From positions 1-40,309 of the forward strand of contig JAAZMX010000036.1 of NCBI GenBank assembly GCA_012798565.1: a DNA stretch of 40,309 bases, given 5' to 3'. The DNA comes from Candidatus Kuenenbacteria bacterium (GTDB lineage: Bacteria; Patescibacteriota; Patescibacteriia; UBA2196; GWA2-42-15). The notes beneath the pieces are model-generated. The model had not been told where the DNA came from. It did not search any database and was given only the letters and a program-made list of their open reading frames with translations. Both the position numbers and the translations under genes were made by a program. This document shows, in pieces, positions 26,751-39,446 of this stretch (the first letter of the stretch is position 1; each line of letters starts with the position of its first letter).

Positions 26751-29543
26751 CTATTTTTCCTTTATCATCAACCCATAATATTTATCTGTTTCTAAATTCC
26801 ATTTTATGCCAAGAGAGCCATTATTTTCACTAACTATCCCTTCAGCGGGCAAATATTCTTCTATAAGCCAACGCCCTTCGAGCTTCAACGCCCCACTATA
26901 TTGGTCACTAGCACTTCCAGCCTGTTTTTGTACTAGTAAACCATAAATAAAACTCTCTTTGTTCTTTACGTTATTCGCTTCTTGTTTGCCAAAATACTTT
27001 TTTAGCAACTCCCAAATATTATCTTTTCCTTCTGGCTCGCCACTATTCCCCTCACCCAACCTCCATGGTAATAAATATTTTAATGTCACCCTTTTGGTTT
27101 GCCCCGGCTCCACAATAAACCAGCTGCCAAAAGATGTTTTACCGAATTCTTCTGTTATTCTCACCCCTGTCTCTTGGTCAATCAAGGTATTTTTTTCCCA
27201 TCTGGTCAAATCGGGATCCGCCTCTACCCCGCTTGTCGCCGTCAAAAACTGGCGCCCTGCCGGCAAGCTGTCAAAACCAACCGCCGATAAGAGCTTGCTT
27301 CCCTGCGGCACATAAAAACGGACATAATCAATATTTATTTGACCCTCAAAAACATCACCCGCCAACCCCTTGTGTTCTTTGGTCAAAATAACCGTATCCA
27401 CGATCTGACCGTCAGACAAAATCTCTACTTGATGTTCAATCTTATTACTCACCACCATATCAGTTTTTCCTCCGGCAATATTAGTATGAATAACCGACAA
27501 ATAATCCTTATCATATTGTTTTACCTTGCCAGACCAACCCAATCTGTCTACCGCTTCCTGATTATTCGCTTTTTTTAGATAAATCAAAATAGCCTTTTGT
27601 TCCAACGAGGTGAATATTTGTTCCCAGGCGCGCATCTTGCTCTCGCCCGTCAAAGACATGGTTTTTTCCATGACCTTGGGCAACAAATCGCCGATGAATT
27701 TCTTCGGCTTATTTTCCTCTTTATTATAATTAAATTCTACCTCTATCTGAGCCGTGCGAGTGAAATTATCACTGTCTACCGTCACCCCGTATTCCGGCAT
27801 TGTGATTGCCCCGGTTAATTTCAATAAGTCTGTCAAAACATCGGGTGTAAAGCTAATCACGCCGTCCACACTAGGACCCCCAGATTTATTATAAAACCAC
27901 ATTATTTTTTCAGCCGAAGCTGGCCAGTCTGGAAACCAGTTGGCATTCCACGGTTGCCAGATTGGCGAAAAGACGTGAAATGGATATGGCGCGTCAACCA
28001 TTGCTGCCAATGATCCTTTTAAATCATAAAACCCGCCGCCCGGTACTTCAATCTTTTTTATTTTCCCCTGGTCAATATCTACCACCGCGTAAGAACCCAT
28101 AAACCCGCCAGTTGGTCGTATCTCTGTATTATTTTGAAAAACAAATAACCATCTCCGCGGTTCATCCACGCCAAGCACCTCTGTGGCTAATTTAGTTAGA
28201 TCCTGATAACTTTCCAGCCAGCTGACTATTATTGGCATCTGGTTTCTCGCCTCTTCAATCTGTCCCTTATAATCAACCAATTTAGTATTTTCTAAATCAA
28301 CCTCCTGCAAAATTACCCCCACCTCCCTGGCTTTGATAAGTGCTTCGTCTAAATTTTTATTTAATTGTTGCCAATCAATTGACGCCTCTGTTTTATTCTC
28401 CACCTTTAATGTATCCCCCTCCATTGCTGTTTTTACTTGTTGGTAATCAACTTGTCCGGCCATATTACCAAGCGCCTTGCCTGTTTCCACCAAAAGCCGC
28501 CCAATCTCCGCTGATCTTATCGCCACCTCCAAAAGCTGTTTACCAGCCTTAACGTCAGGCACTAAAACTGAAGCCCCGTTGGCCGCCAATCCCAATTCTT
28601 TAAATCTTGCCTGAGCGCTGGCGAATTCCTGCCCCGCCAAAATAAATTCCTTATCCACTTCGTCTAAATTAAAATCCTTGGCGACCGTTCCTATGCTTGC
28701 TAAATGGCCTATACCTGATTCTGAAGCGCCCAGCACCTCGCCCTTGACCTGCTCTGCCTTTTGATAAAATAAATAACCCTGCAGTGGTAAAATTAAAAGC
28801 AATGCCACGCTCGCAAAAGCCAACACCGGCCGAAATCGTCTATAACCAATACTGCCCCTGGACACCATTTCGATCTCTTCATTCACCACTGCCACCGGCT
28901 CCAGCTCTTTCTCCTTTGTTAGTAGCCAGCTCAAATCACCAAAAAGATAAACAAAAATAGCATAAAAAGCTTTACCTATAGCCTGAAACAAAATTATTAC
29001 TCCTTTAATAAACTGATAGACCAAATCAGCTATTCCAATTACTGATTTGCCTACCACTGTGGTTGTCCCAACCGCTATGGCCAAAACCGCCCTGAATGGC
29101 CAGAGAAATATCTTGCCCATGGCCAGCCAAAATAAATTCCATTTTGTCTCCCGCAATTTTGGCGCCTTGGTCCATTCTATTATTTTTTGCGCTTGCAGTT
29201 TCTCCTCATTAAAAATAATACCTGAATCACGTTGATAGCTATTAATGTTCGCCTCATCATCTCTATGCCAAAAATCAAAATTTTGGCTCATCTCTCTTGG
29301 TTTATAACCACTATAATAATCACTAACATCCTCTTCTTTTTTTTCTTGTACTTTCACCGTCTGCTCCAAAATCATCTTTTCCTTTTCTTCTTTTTCTTTC
29401 AGCAAAAACTCCCAGGACAATTTCTCCAATTCCTGTTGTAGTTCGTCGCCAAATAATTTTTGGCTGTTTTTATCTACGTTTTCCTCGTTCATTTTTCCTA
29501 ATCTAAAATTTCCTCGACCCTTTTGGTCCAGTCTTTTCCACAC
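26751..29543 (-). CDS. DUF4012-domain membrane-anchored protein (true start may be MNEENV near 29492)
   Basis: FQNNTEIRPTGGFMGSY, ANWFPDWP, NIAGGKTD, YVRFYVP and VQKQAG motifs. Confidence 0.85.
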   Translation of the reverse strand: MWKRLDQKGRGNFRLGKMNEENVDKNSQKLFGDELQQELEKLSWEFLLKEKEEKEKMILEQTVKVQEKKEEDVSDYYSGYKPREMSQNFDFWHRDDEANINSYQRDSGIIFNEEKLQAQKIIEWTKAPKLRETKWNLFWLAMGKIFLWPFRAVLAIAVGTTTVVGKSVIGIADLVYQFIKGVIILFQAIGKAFYAIFVYLFGDLSWLLTKEKELEPVAVVNEEIEMVSRGSIGYRRFRPVLAFASVALLLILPLQGYLFYQKAEQVKGEVLGASESGIGHLASIGTVAKDFNLDEVDKEFILAGQEFASAQARFKELGLAANGASVLVPDVKAGKQLLEVAIRSAEIGRLLVETGKALGNMAGQVDYQQVKTAMEGDTLKVENKTEASIDWQQLNKNLDEALIKAREVGVILQEVDLENTKLVDYKGQIEEARNQMPIIVSWLESYQDLTKLATEVLGVDEPRRWLFVFQNNTEIRPTGGFMGSYAVVDIDQGKIKKIEVPGGGFYDLKGSLAAMVDAPYPFHVFSPIWQPWNANWFPDWPASAEKIMWFYNKSGGPSVDGVISFTPDVLTDLLKLTGAITMPEYGVTVDSDNFTRTAQIEVEFNYNKEENKPKKFIGDLLPKVMEKTMSLTGESKMRAWEQIFTSLEQKAILIYLKKANNQEAVDRLGWSGKVKQYDKDYLSVIHTNIAGGKTDMVVSNKIEHQVEILSDGQIVDTVILTKEHKGLAGDVFEGQINIDYVRFYVPQGSKLLSAVGFDSLPAGRQFLTATSGVEADPDLTRWEKNTLIDQETGVRITEEFGKTSFGSWFIVEPGQTKRVTLKYLLPWRLGEGNSGEPEGKDNIWELLKKYFGKQEANNVKNKESFIYGLLVQKQAGSASDQYSGALKLEGRWLIEEYLPAEGIVSENNGSLGIKWNLETDKYYGLMIKEK

Positions 29544-29573
29544 CTTTATTTTAGCACTTTTTTAAATAAAAAT

Positions 29574-29604
29574 AAAAAGCAGTTAAACTTCATGTTAACT
29601 GCTT
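29574..29604 (-). terminator. terminator of the atp operon
   Basis: AAGCAGTTAA/TTAACTGCTT stem followed by a T-tract on the minus strand. Confidence 0.7.
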
Positions 29605-29620
29605 CTAAAAAACTTAGTCT

Positions 29621-30067
29621 TTAATTGTCAATTACTGTTCCCTTCTGGCTTCGGTGTCTTCTCGCCACTCGGAGTCTGGCCAATTCTCTCTGCAATTTAG
29701 CCGCCACCGCCGCGTAATCTTCAGCGTCTTCTCTCTTTTCTTTTAACAAATCTTCTGCTCGCTTTCTGGCCTCTTCCGCTCTTGCTTCATCAATTTCCTC
29801 AAAATGCTCTGCGGTGTCGGCCAAAACCACCACCTGATTATCTCCTTTTACTTCTGCCAATCCCCCAGAAATCGCCAAATAGTTCTCTTTTCCCTCTTTT
29901 CTAGTAATAACCTCGCCAGATTCTATAGACGATATCAAAGGAATATGATTAGGCAAAACTGTAATTTGTCCCATCTTGGTCGGCAGACTCACGCTATCGA
30001 CTTCATCACTAAAAACTACCCTTTCCGGCGTGGTTATTTCAAAATGTATTTTCTTATTCTCATTCAT
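29621..30067 (-). CDS. atpC: ATP synthase epsilon subunit
   Basis: EITTPER, VLPNHIP and ISGG motifs; C-terminal helices. Confidence 0.95.
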   Translation of the reverse strand: MNENKKIHFEITTPERVVFSDEVDSVSLPTKMGQITVLPNHIPLISSIESGEVITRKEGKENYLAISGGLAEVKGDNQVVVLADTAEHFEEIDEARAEEARKRAEDLLKEKREDAEDYAAVAAKLQRELARLRVARRHRSQKGTVIDN

Positions 30068-30168
30068 AAAATAAAATTAGCAATGAAATAATTTGCTGAC
30101 AAAACAATCAATCATTAAAACTTCTGCGTCAATTCTATATCTCTCTGGTTTCCGCGTATGCTACGTGG

Positions 30169-31572
<1,404 letters not shown>

Positions 31573-31609
31573 TTATAAGTTATCTATTTATAATAAATTA
31601 ATATTTAAA

Positions 31610-32530
31610 TTAATCTGCGCTGCTCATGGCCGCTTTGGTGCCAGAAATTTCAGCGATTTCTTGGGTAATGCCAGCCTGTCTTGCCTGGTTATAAGCCAAG
31701 GTAAGATCACCAATCAGATCATGGGCCGCCTCAGTCGCATTTTTCATCGCCACCATCCTGGCTGAATGTTCCGAAGCGTCAGATTCCAAAACGGCCTGAT
31801 AAATCTGGGTTTCTATTAACCTCGGCAATGTTTTTTCTAAAACGCTTTCAGCGTTTGGCTCAAATAAATATTCCCGCAAATCTTCGGGTGTTTCCGTGCT
31901 CTTGCTGTCAGTCTCTCCCACTGCGCCCAAGGCGACATCCCTCTCTTTCGTTATAGGTAAAAGCTGTTTAATCCTTGCTGTTTGTTTCAGTGATGAAATA
32001 TAATCAGTATAAGCCAAAATCACTCGATCATATTTTTTTTCCCGATAACCGTCAATCACCATTTTTGATAAAGCATAAATCTCTTCCACCTTAAGTGTCA
32101 CGTCAGGTTTTTCAAACTCTGCCACTGCTTCCTGCTTGTATTTCCAAACAATATCCTTTGATTTTTTTCCCAACAGTATAAATTCTATTCTCGGCTTCTC
32201 GCCAGAAGACTGCTCCAAAGCATATTTATATGCGCTGGCTACTATTTGGGTGTTAAAAGATCCGCACAAACCGCGGTTTGACGCTATCAAAACTACCGCT
32301 ATTTTTTTTACCGGCCTTTCCCGCAATAAGTCATGGTGCGCTCTATTCGTTCTCTTTGACAAATCGCTCACAATCTCCCAGGCCAAATTGGCATAACTGC
32401 GGCTGGCAAGCATATGATCCACAGCCTTGCGCATTTTAACAGCCGAAACCATCTCCATCGCCTTGGTGATTTTACCGGTGCTTTTAATCGATCTTATTCT
32501 TCTTTTTATTTCACGTGACGCTTGAGCCAT
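31610..32530 (-). CDS. atpG: ATP synthase gamma subunit
   Basis: KITKAMEMV, RGLCGSFN and RQAGITQEIAEI motifs. Confidence 0.98.
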   Translation of the reverse strand: MAQASREIKRRIRSIKSTGKITKAMEMVSAVKMRKAVDHMLASRSYANLAWEIVSDLSKRTNRAHHDLLRERPVKKIAVVLIASNRGLCGSFNTQIVASAYKYALEQSSGEKPRIEFILLGKKSKDIVWKYKQEAVAEFEKPDVTLKVEEIYALSKMVIDGYREKKYDRVILAYTDYISSLKQTARIKQLLPITKERDVALGAVGETDSKSTETPEDLREYLFEPNAESVLEKTLPRLIETQIYQAVLESDASEHSARMVAMKNATEAAHDLIGDLTLAYNQARQAGITQEIAEISGTKAAMSSAD

Positions 32531-32541
32531 ATAAACTTAAA

Positions 32542-34062
32542 TTATTTCTGAAAAGTCTTATTAAATTCCGTTACGGCTTTATTTAATGCTTCTTTTATCT
32601 TATCAGTGAAACCCTCAGGCTCTGTTAGCCCAGACATTTCTTTTTTATAATTATTATTACAATATTTGACAAAACCCGCTTCCCATTCTTTGATTTTTTC
32701 TACTGATATCTCATTGATCAAACCATTGACCGCCGCGTATAAAACAACCACCTGTTCCACTACCGGCATTGGTTCGTATTGCCCTTGCTTTAATATTTCC
32801 GACAACCGTTTGCCCAGTTCCAATCTTTTCTTGGTCTCCACGTCCAAGTCCGAACTGAATTGGGCAAAAGCTTCCAATTCTCTAAATTGCGCCAAGTCAA
32901 TGCGTAATTTACCAGCGACCTGTTTCATGGCCTTAATTTGAGCTGCCGAACCAACCCGCGACACTGATAAACCAATATTCAAGGCCGGCCGCACGCCTTG
33001 ATAAAACAAATCAGATTCCAAATAAATCTGGCCATCTGTAATAGAAATTACGTTAGTAGGGATATAAGCAGAAACATCACCAGCTTGAGTTTCGATAATC
33101 GGCAAAGCCGTCAATGAGCCACCACCAAAATCAGCATTCAATTTGGCCGAACGCTCCAAAAGCCTAGAATGTAAATAAAAAATATCACCCGGGTAAGCCT
33201 CGCGGCCCGGTGGCCGGCGCAGCAATAATGAAATCTCGCGATACGCCCAAGCGTGTTTGGACAAATCGTCATAAACAACCAAAACATCTTTGCCTTTATC
33301 CATGAAATATTCGCCCATAGCGCAACCAGCGTATGGCGCGATATATGACAATGAGGCTGGGTCTGAAGCGCCGGCTACCACCACTATAGTATTATCCATT
33401 GCCCCACGGCTCTGGAGTTCGGCTACAATTTTGGCTACCTTGGACTCTTTTTGACCAATCGCCACATAAATACAAATAACTCCCTTGTCCCGTTGATTGA
33501 TAATCGTATCAATAGCAATGGCGGTTTTTCCCGTCTGTCGATCGCCGATAATTAATTCTCTTTGACCGCGACCAATTGGTATCAGGGCGTCTATTGCTTT
33601 TAATCCGGTCTGGATAGGTTTATTCACTGATTGTCTGGTGATCACCCCTGGAGCAATTTTTTCCACCGGATAAAAAGTATCACTCTTAATTGCCCCCTTG
33701 CCATCCACTGCTTGACCCAAAGGGTTGACTACTCGGCCAATCATCTTGTCTCCCACTGGCACTTCCAAAATTTTACCCGTTGCATAAGCCAAGTCGCCCT
33801 CTTGAATCGCGTTGGCTTCACCCAAGATCATGGCTCCGACTGTTCCTTCATTAAGATTCAAGGCCACCCCCAAAACCGCTTCCTGATTATTCTTCCTAAA
33901 TTCAATCATTTCCGACATCTTCACCTGATTCAAGCCGGTCAAGCGGACTATACCATCACCCACTTCCATCACTCGCCCCACTTGCTCTTCTTGGGTCTCG
34001 GCCCGAAAATCAGCCAACTGTTGACGCAATTCTTTTAATATTTCTTCTTTGTTTATTTTCAT
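32542..34062 (-). CDS. atpA: ATP synthase alpha subunit
   Basis: GDRQTGKT and [10 protein letters not shown] motifs. Confidence 0.99.
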   Translation of the reverse strand: MKINKEEILKELRQQLADFRAETQEEQVGRVMEVGDGIVRLTGLNQVKMSEMIEFRKNNQEAVLGVALNLNEGTVGAMILGEANAIQEGDLAYATGKILEVPVGDKMIGRVVNPLGQAVDGKGAIKSDTFYPVEKIAPGVITRQSVNKPIQTGLKAIDALIPIGRGQRELIIGDRQTGKTAIAIDTIINQRDKGVICIYVAIGQKESKVAKIVAELQSRGAMDNTIVVVAGASDPASLSYIAPYAGCAMGEYFMDKGKDVLVVYDDLSKHAWAYREISLLLRRPPGREAYPGDIFYLHSRLLERSAKLNADFGGGSLTALPIIETQAGDVSAYIPTNVISITDGQIYLESDLFYQGVRPALNIGLSVSRVGSAAQIKAMKQVAGKLRIDLAQFRELEAFAQFSSDLDVETKKRLELGKRLSEILKQGQYEPMPVVEQVVVLYAAVNGLINEISVEKIKEWEAGFVKYCNNNYKKEMSGLTEPEGFTDKIKEALNKAVTEFNKTFQK

Positions 34063-34074
34063 AAAACTATTAGA

Positions 34075-34485
34075 TTACTGTATTAAACTATTTTTTAAAT
34101 TAATAATTTGCTTTTTAATTGTTCCGTCCAAAAACAAATCTTCCGTCAATATCTTCACTCCGCCCAAAACCGCCGGCTCAACTGTTTCTTTTATTTCCCA
34201 ATTTTTAATCTCCGGTTTTGTTTTTTTCAAATAATCTTTTATCGTCCGCAATGTTTCCTCATCGAGCCGCCTTGCTGTCACCACTTCGGCTGCCAGCGTC
34301 TCCTCTTTTTTCTGACAATAAATCTCAAATGACCTGATAATATTTTCTATCTTGCCCAGATCTCCCTGACTGTCAACTAAACACAAAAAACCGTACAAGA
34401 GTTGCTCCGATTTCTTGTTTTTATTTCTTTCCTCTGTTAATAACGCGTAAAGCAATTGCGCGTATTCGTTTAATTTAACTTTCAT
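34075..34485 (-). CDS. atpH: ATP synthase delta subunit (short)
   Basis: Operon position; AEVVTA and VLGGVKI...DGTIK motifs. Confidence 0.88.
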   Translation of the reverse strand: MKVKLNEYAQLLYALLTEERNKNKKSEQLLYGFLCLVDSQGDLGKIENIIRSFEIYCQKKEETLAAEVVTARRLDEETLRTIKDYLKKTKPEIKNWEIKETVEPAVLGGVKILTEDLFLDGTIKKQIINLKNSLIQ

Positions 34486-35026
34486 TCTGATCTAATATTC
34501 TTTTGATAATTTTCTTGTCAGCCTTCTCTCCCAGCTGTTCGGGAATAATTTTTTGCAAAGCTTGGCCCACCAATTCCGCCACTTCCGTCTTTATTTCCTT
34601 GGCAATTTTATCCTTGTCTTCGGCTAGTCGCTGCCGGGCCATCTCCAACTGTTTATTAATCCGCTCTTCCGCTTCCTGAATCATTTTGCTCTTGTTTTCT
34701 CCGGCTTCTTTTTCCGCTCTCTCCAAAATCACTGCCGCTTCTGTCCTGGCTTCGGTCAAAAGTTCTTCTTGCTGTTCTTTGGTTGCCATCAAACGCTCTT
34801 CGATTTCTTTGGCTTCCTTCAGACCTTTTTCTATTTTCTTGCTACGCTCATTTAATGTCTTGACAAGTGGTTTGTAAACCCATTTCCACAAAACAAAAAG
34901 TACCAACCCAAAATTGATCAGCTGGGCGAGAAACAACTTCCAATCTATACCCAGCACCTGCGTCAATGATTGATTATGATTGGCTTCTTCGGCCGCTTGA
35001 GCGATGTTAATCAAGTGAATCATCAT
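34475..35026 (-). CDS. atpF: ATP synthase b subunit
   Basis: AQLINF..L..L....YKP then coiled coil; probable start at 35026 or 35023. Confidence 0.92.
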   Translation of the reverse strand: MMIHLINIAQAAEEANHNQSLTQVLGIDWKLFLAQLINFGLVLFVLWKWVYKPLVKTLNERSKKIEKGLKEAKEIEERLMATKEQQEELLTEARTEAAVILERAEKEAGENKSKMIQEAEERINKQLEMARQRLAEDKDKIAKEIKTEVAELVGQALQKIIPEQLGEKADKKIIKRILDQNES

Positions 35027-35211
35027 ATAAAATAAATTTATTTGGCAGACAATAAAATAATTCTTCCTTCCTTTCTTTTGCCATTTACCCTTTTCAGCCT
35101 TAGGCTGATCCGCCTTCCACAAATATGTACTATCTCTGTGGCGCTCGGCGGAGACTTTTGAATTATTTTCTTGTCTGCCGCTTTCTTAAAAAAGAAAGCG
35201 GCACCCTCTTT

Positions 35212-35502
<291 letters not shown>

Positions 35503-35530
35503 CTAATAGGTCAATTAATAATTAAAATAA

Positions 35531-36319
35531 TTAATGCGCGCCATGGGTCGCTACCTCCATAAAAACCAGAGTCAACATGGCAAAAATCGTCGCCTGGACT
35601 ACTCCCACCAATAACTCTAAAAACATAAAAGGAATCGGCACGATATAGGCCATGAGCGAAGCCATCACCGTCAAAAGCACTTCACCGGCAAAAATATTTC
35701 CAAACAACCGCAAAGATAGAGAAACCGTCTTGGCTATTTCTGAAAATACCTCGATCAAACCAATAAAAAAATTCACAATGCCGGTGAATATCTTTACTGG
35801 GTTGAGCGTCTTAAAAGCTTTTACTAATCCTGCAAAATTAAAAAACTTATTTACGTGCTTGAAAAACCCAATAGTAATTATCCCAAAAATATGCGTGCTG
35901 ATCACCGCAAATACTGCCAAAGCCAAGGTGGTGTTCAAATCACTCGTCCCCGGTCGAAGAAATGGTACCAATACCTTTGCCCCCTCTTTTACTTTCCACA
36001 AACCGATTGATCCTGTTCCGGGGAGTTGTCCCATCCAATTCAAAATCAGAACAAAGATAAAAATCGTAGCCACAATCGGCAAAAATTTTTCTGATTTCTT
36101 GCGGCTGTGCGTCACACCGTCAATAAAGCCAAGCAAAAATTCTATCAGATACTCTCCAAAATTTTGGGCTCCCTTGGGCACCAAAGTTATTTTTTTCACC
36201 CTTAAAATTACTACAAAAAGCACGATCACCACTATGGCTATCCACGTATTGATAATAGAATTGGTCACCGGGAAATCCCCGATATGGAAAACCGGTTCTG
36301 CCGCCAAACTCAAATGCAT
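35531..36319 (-). CDS. atpB: ATP synthase a subunit
   Basis: SLSLRLFGNIFAGE and QATIFAMLT motifs. Confidence 0.97.
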   Translation of the reverse strand: MHLSLAAEPVFHIGDFPVTNSIINTWIAIVVIVLFVVILRVKKITLVPKGAQNFGEYLIEFLLGFIDGVTHSRKKSEKFLPIVATIFIFVLILNWMGQLPGTGSIGLWKVKEGAKVLVPFLRPGTSDLNTTLALAVFAVISTHIFGIITIGFFKHVNKFFNFAGLVKAFKTLNPVKIFTGIVNFFIGLIEVFSEIAKTVSLSLRLFGNIFAGEVLLTVMASLMAYIVPIPFMFLELLVGVVQATIFAMLTLVFMEVATHGAH

Positions 36320-36331
36320 AAATAATAAAAT

Positions 36332-36616
36332 TTATTTTTTGCCGTAAAGATCGTCTCTGATTACTTCGGCCCGCTTATAAACAAAATGCATACCCAGACC
36401 AATACCAAAAGCTCCGCCCAATAAAATGAATAAAAATCTTTTATGTAATAAATTATCCAAATATTTACCCAACAATGTAAAAATTATAATCGGCATGGCC
36501 ATAATAGCTATCAAATTGGCCACCAAAGCCATACCGTCTGCTTTTTGTTTGTGAATATTTGTTGTTTCTTTCTTGTTCGCTTCACTTATTTTACCTTGTG
36601 TTCCATCATCACTCAT
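36332..36616 (-). CDS. AtpZ/AtpI family protein
   Basis: First gene of the atp operon; two TM helices with GKYLD. Confidence 0.8.
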   Translation of the reverse strand: MSDDGTQGKISEANKKETTNIHKQKADGMALVANLIAIMAMPIIIFTLLGKYLDNLLHKRFLFILLGGAFGIGLGMHFVYKRAEVIRDDLYGKK

Positions 36617-36797
36617 TGTCTTTTTTTTAAAAAATAAATAGCCCCCTTGCAGGAAAGCCGACTTTCAAGCTTATTTTTCCACAATTTTCAACTTTATTCT
36701 AAACTGTTTTCTTGAACTGGTCAAGGGTATTTTTTTACCAAAACACAAAATATTGAGCCCCAAATCACTCAAATAACACAACAAATTATTTATTCTG

Positions 36798-37889
36798 TCA
36801 AATACTTTTCCCCAAATCCTGTTCATCTTGCTCCAAATTTGGTTTCTCCAAAGCCAGGGGTTCTATCCTTTTTTCCCCTTCTGTGATTTTTACCACGTCC
36901 TTATCTATCTTGTTCAATTCCTTGTAAGCGGTATTGTAATTATTAATTGTCGTTCCCAAACTATTACCCAATTTCTTCATATACTCATCAAAGCTGGTGT
37001 AATGCCGACCCAGCTCTTCCACCCTCTTTCTAATTTCCTTGGCTGACTCTTCAATTTGTAAAGCGCGTAAACCTTGTAAAACAGTTTGTAAATAAGCCGC
37101 AAACGTCGTCGGTGAAACAATAATCACTTTTTTCTCCTTGAAAGCATAATCAATCAGTCCGCCGGTATCCACCTTAACGGCTCCAACTTCGTTGATTAAC
37201 AAATCATAATAGATCCCCTCAGCCGGAATAAACATAAAAGCGAAGTCTAGCGTCTCTTCGGTCGGTCGGATATATTTTGCTGTTTCGTCAATTCTCTTCT
37301 TCAGATCATTTTTAAATTCCTTTTCCAACTCTCTCTTTCTTGCCTCGCTCGCCTCATTCAAAATCCGTCGATAATTTTCCAGCGAAAATTTGGCATCCAC
37401 TGGTAATAATTTATCTTTTATCTTTACCACCGCGTCCACCGCTTCGCCGTTCTTAAATTTATATTGCATCTCATAACTCTGTGGCGGCAAAATATTACTC
37501 AAAATCAATTCTAGGCTCGCCTCGCCCAAAGACCCGCGATTTTTGGAGTTGGTCAAAACCCGCTCCAAATTTTGCAGCTGGTCAGTAAAGCTGATCACCT
37601 GCTTGTTCGTCGCTTCCAATTTTTCCAGCTTACTCGTCACATCCTGCACAATCCGGCTGGTGCTGAATGACTGCTTTTGAATAAAATCAATATTTTTTTC
37701 CAAACTGCCCTTCATCTCCTCGCGGATCTGCCCAATCTCTTTCCTCATCATCTCGCCCATCTCTTCCTTCATTCTAAATAATTCTTCTTTGTGTTCGCCG
37801 GGTTTGTTATTTTTCATTAACACGAATAAAACCAGCCCAAATCCCCCAGCCAGAATCACTAAAATAATAATTTGCAAAGTTGTTGACAT
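36798..37889 (-). CDS. rmuC: DNA recombination protein RmuC
   Basis: N-terminal TM helix, RGSLGE, PVDAKF, FAFMFIPAE and VSPTT motifs. Confidence 0.93.
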   Translation of the reverse strand: MSTTLQIIILVILAGGFGLVLFVLMKNNKPGEHKEELFRMKEEMGEMMRKEIGQIREEMKGSLEKNIDFIQKQSFSTSRIVQDVTSKLEKLEATNKQVISFTDQLQNLERVLTNSKNRGSLGEASLELILSNILPPQSYEMQYKFKNGEAVDAVVKIKDKLLPVDAKFSLENYRRILNEASEARKRELEKEFKNDLKKRIDETAKYIRPTEETLDFAFMFIPAEGIYYDLLINEVGAVKVDTGGLIDYAFKEKKVIIVSPTTFAAYLQTVLQGLRALQIEESAKEIRKRVEELGRHYTSFDEYMKKLGNSLGTTINNYNTAYKELNKIDKDVVKITEGEKRIEPLALEKPNLEQDEQDLGKSI

Positions 37890-37979
37890 AACTAATCAAT
37901 TTTCAATTTTTAATTTTCAATTCTTAAACAATTTTACAATGTTTTAATTTTAAAATTTAACCCTGTGCCAATTCTAGTT

Positions 37980-39446
37980 TTATTTATTCCCACTTTTCAT
38001 AATAGTTACAACCCCATTGTTTGCGTCTACCTCTATATAATCACCATCATGCAATACCTTGGTGGCTATTTTTGTACCAATAATACAAGGTTTTTTCATT
38101 TCCCTTGCGATTATAGCTGCGTGGCAGGTTATACCACCCTCATCAGTCACAAAAGCTACCGCCTTTTCCAAGGCCGGAAGATAATTTAAAGTTGTCATAT
38201 TAGTTACAACAATATCGCCCCTTTTCACTTTGGCAACATCAGCATTTTTTTTGAGTAACCTCACTACGCCCTGGGTTTTTCCATAATAGCCAACTTGTCC
38301 AACAAAATTTGCAGCCTTCCGAATTTTGTTTTTAAGAAAGGAATGGCTCTTCAAAAATCGTGGAACTTCTAAGCCTGATAAAATTTCACGCCCGCCAATG
38401 TCGTAGTAAATAATAAAATTGCTTTTACGTCTTTTAATTAACTCTAAATAATTTATCTCCCCTCTTAGCGCCAGAGCAATCTCCCTAATATTTAAATGTA
38501 ATAAATCATTATAGACAACCCCCAATTCGCGAGCAATCCTATTTAATAGTGGCCTAATATGATACGCCGTTTCATTTAAAAAATCTACTCTTTGTGTTCT
38601 CAAAAAAACTAATTGTCGGACCTGTTTTATTATCCTCCTGTCTTCAATATTAAATCCTGCGATTGTTTGACTTATCATCTTCTTATTCTGTTCACGAATA
38701 ACCAATTTATTTCTAAGTTGAATTTCAGCCTCCTTCTTACTAATCCCCCGGAGTCTACCCAATACATCTTTGGCTGTCCAGGCGTCTCCTATAAAATATC
38801 GGATGGACAACCAGCCATATTTTTTTGCATGCTTTTCTACTAATTCTTTTCTTCTGTTCTTGTCTCGTATAGCTATCCTCAAAAAATCGTCCTGCTCCTT
38901 TTCCGCCTCGGTCAAACGGTAAGAAATAGTAATTAAATCTAATAACTGCTGACAAGCCAGCTTATCGCCTTTTACATATTTGTTTACCATTTCCTGGCTC
39001 AACCTCATTACGGGGTCTTCAAAAAAAGTTATTTGGTAATATACAGTATAATCCAAAACTACCTTTTCGTATTCTAAAATTGCCCTAATTATCTCTTCTT
39101 TTGTGGTAAAAAATTCCGCCATTTTACCTAAAAACACTGATCTCTTTTGTAATATCTTTCCAGCTCCAAGACATCCCTCAACCAAACGACTAACATATTG
39201 GCCACCAAATCTCCTTATATTTTTTGTTATTTCTTTTTCAATGGCCAGCAAATCGGAGGTAAGTTGATAAAAATAATCATTAACCTGAAGCCACCTAACA
39301 ATTGATTTTATATTAAACAGCTTAATTGATTTTTTCCGATCCTGCATCCCAGTTATTGTCAACGATGGGATAAAATATGGCTCAACCCTTTCACCAAAAT
39401 AAAATAGATCATTTTTTCTTATATCTTTTAATTTAATTCTCTTCAT
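37980..39446 (-). CDS. PEP-utilising-enzyme mobile (His) domain protein with a large helical N-terminal region
   Basis: C-terminal TDEGGITCHAAIIARE..KPCIIG; no ATP-grasp domain recognised. Confidence 0.85.
   Translation of the reverse strand: MKRIKLKDIRKNDLFYFGERVEPYFIPSLTITGMQDRKKSIKLFNIKSIVRWLQVNDYFYQLTSDLLAIEKEITKNIRRFGGQYVSRLVEGCLGAGKILQKRSVFLGKMAEFFTTKEEIIRAILEYEKVVLDYTVYYQITFFEDPVMRLSQEMVNKYVKGDKLACQQLLDLITISYRLTEAEKEQDDFLRIAIRDKNRRKELVEKHAKKYGWLSIRYFIGDAWTAKDVLGRLRGISKKEAEIQLRNKLVIREQNKKMISQTIAGFNIEDRRIIKQVRQLVFLRTQRVDFLNETAYHIRPLLNRIARELGVVYNDLLHLNIREIALALRGEINYLELIKRRKSNFIIYYDIGGREILSGLEVPRFLKSHSFLKNKIRKAANFVGQVGYYGKTQGVVRLLKKNADVAKVKRGDIVVTNMTTLNYLPALEKAVAFVTDEGGITCHAAIIAREMKKPCIIGTKIATKVLHDGDYIEVDANNGVVTIMKSGNK

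Noticed and set aside
35027..35122. N-terminal extension of AtpF in the ORF track
   Set aside because: It runs through an intergenic palindromic element; AtpF-like sequence begins near 35026
35652..36347. 231-aa plus-strand ORF opposite atpB
   Set aside because: Antisense frame of a hydrophobic gene; no independent evidence of coding
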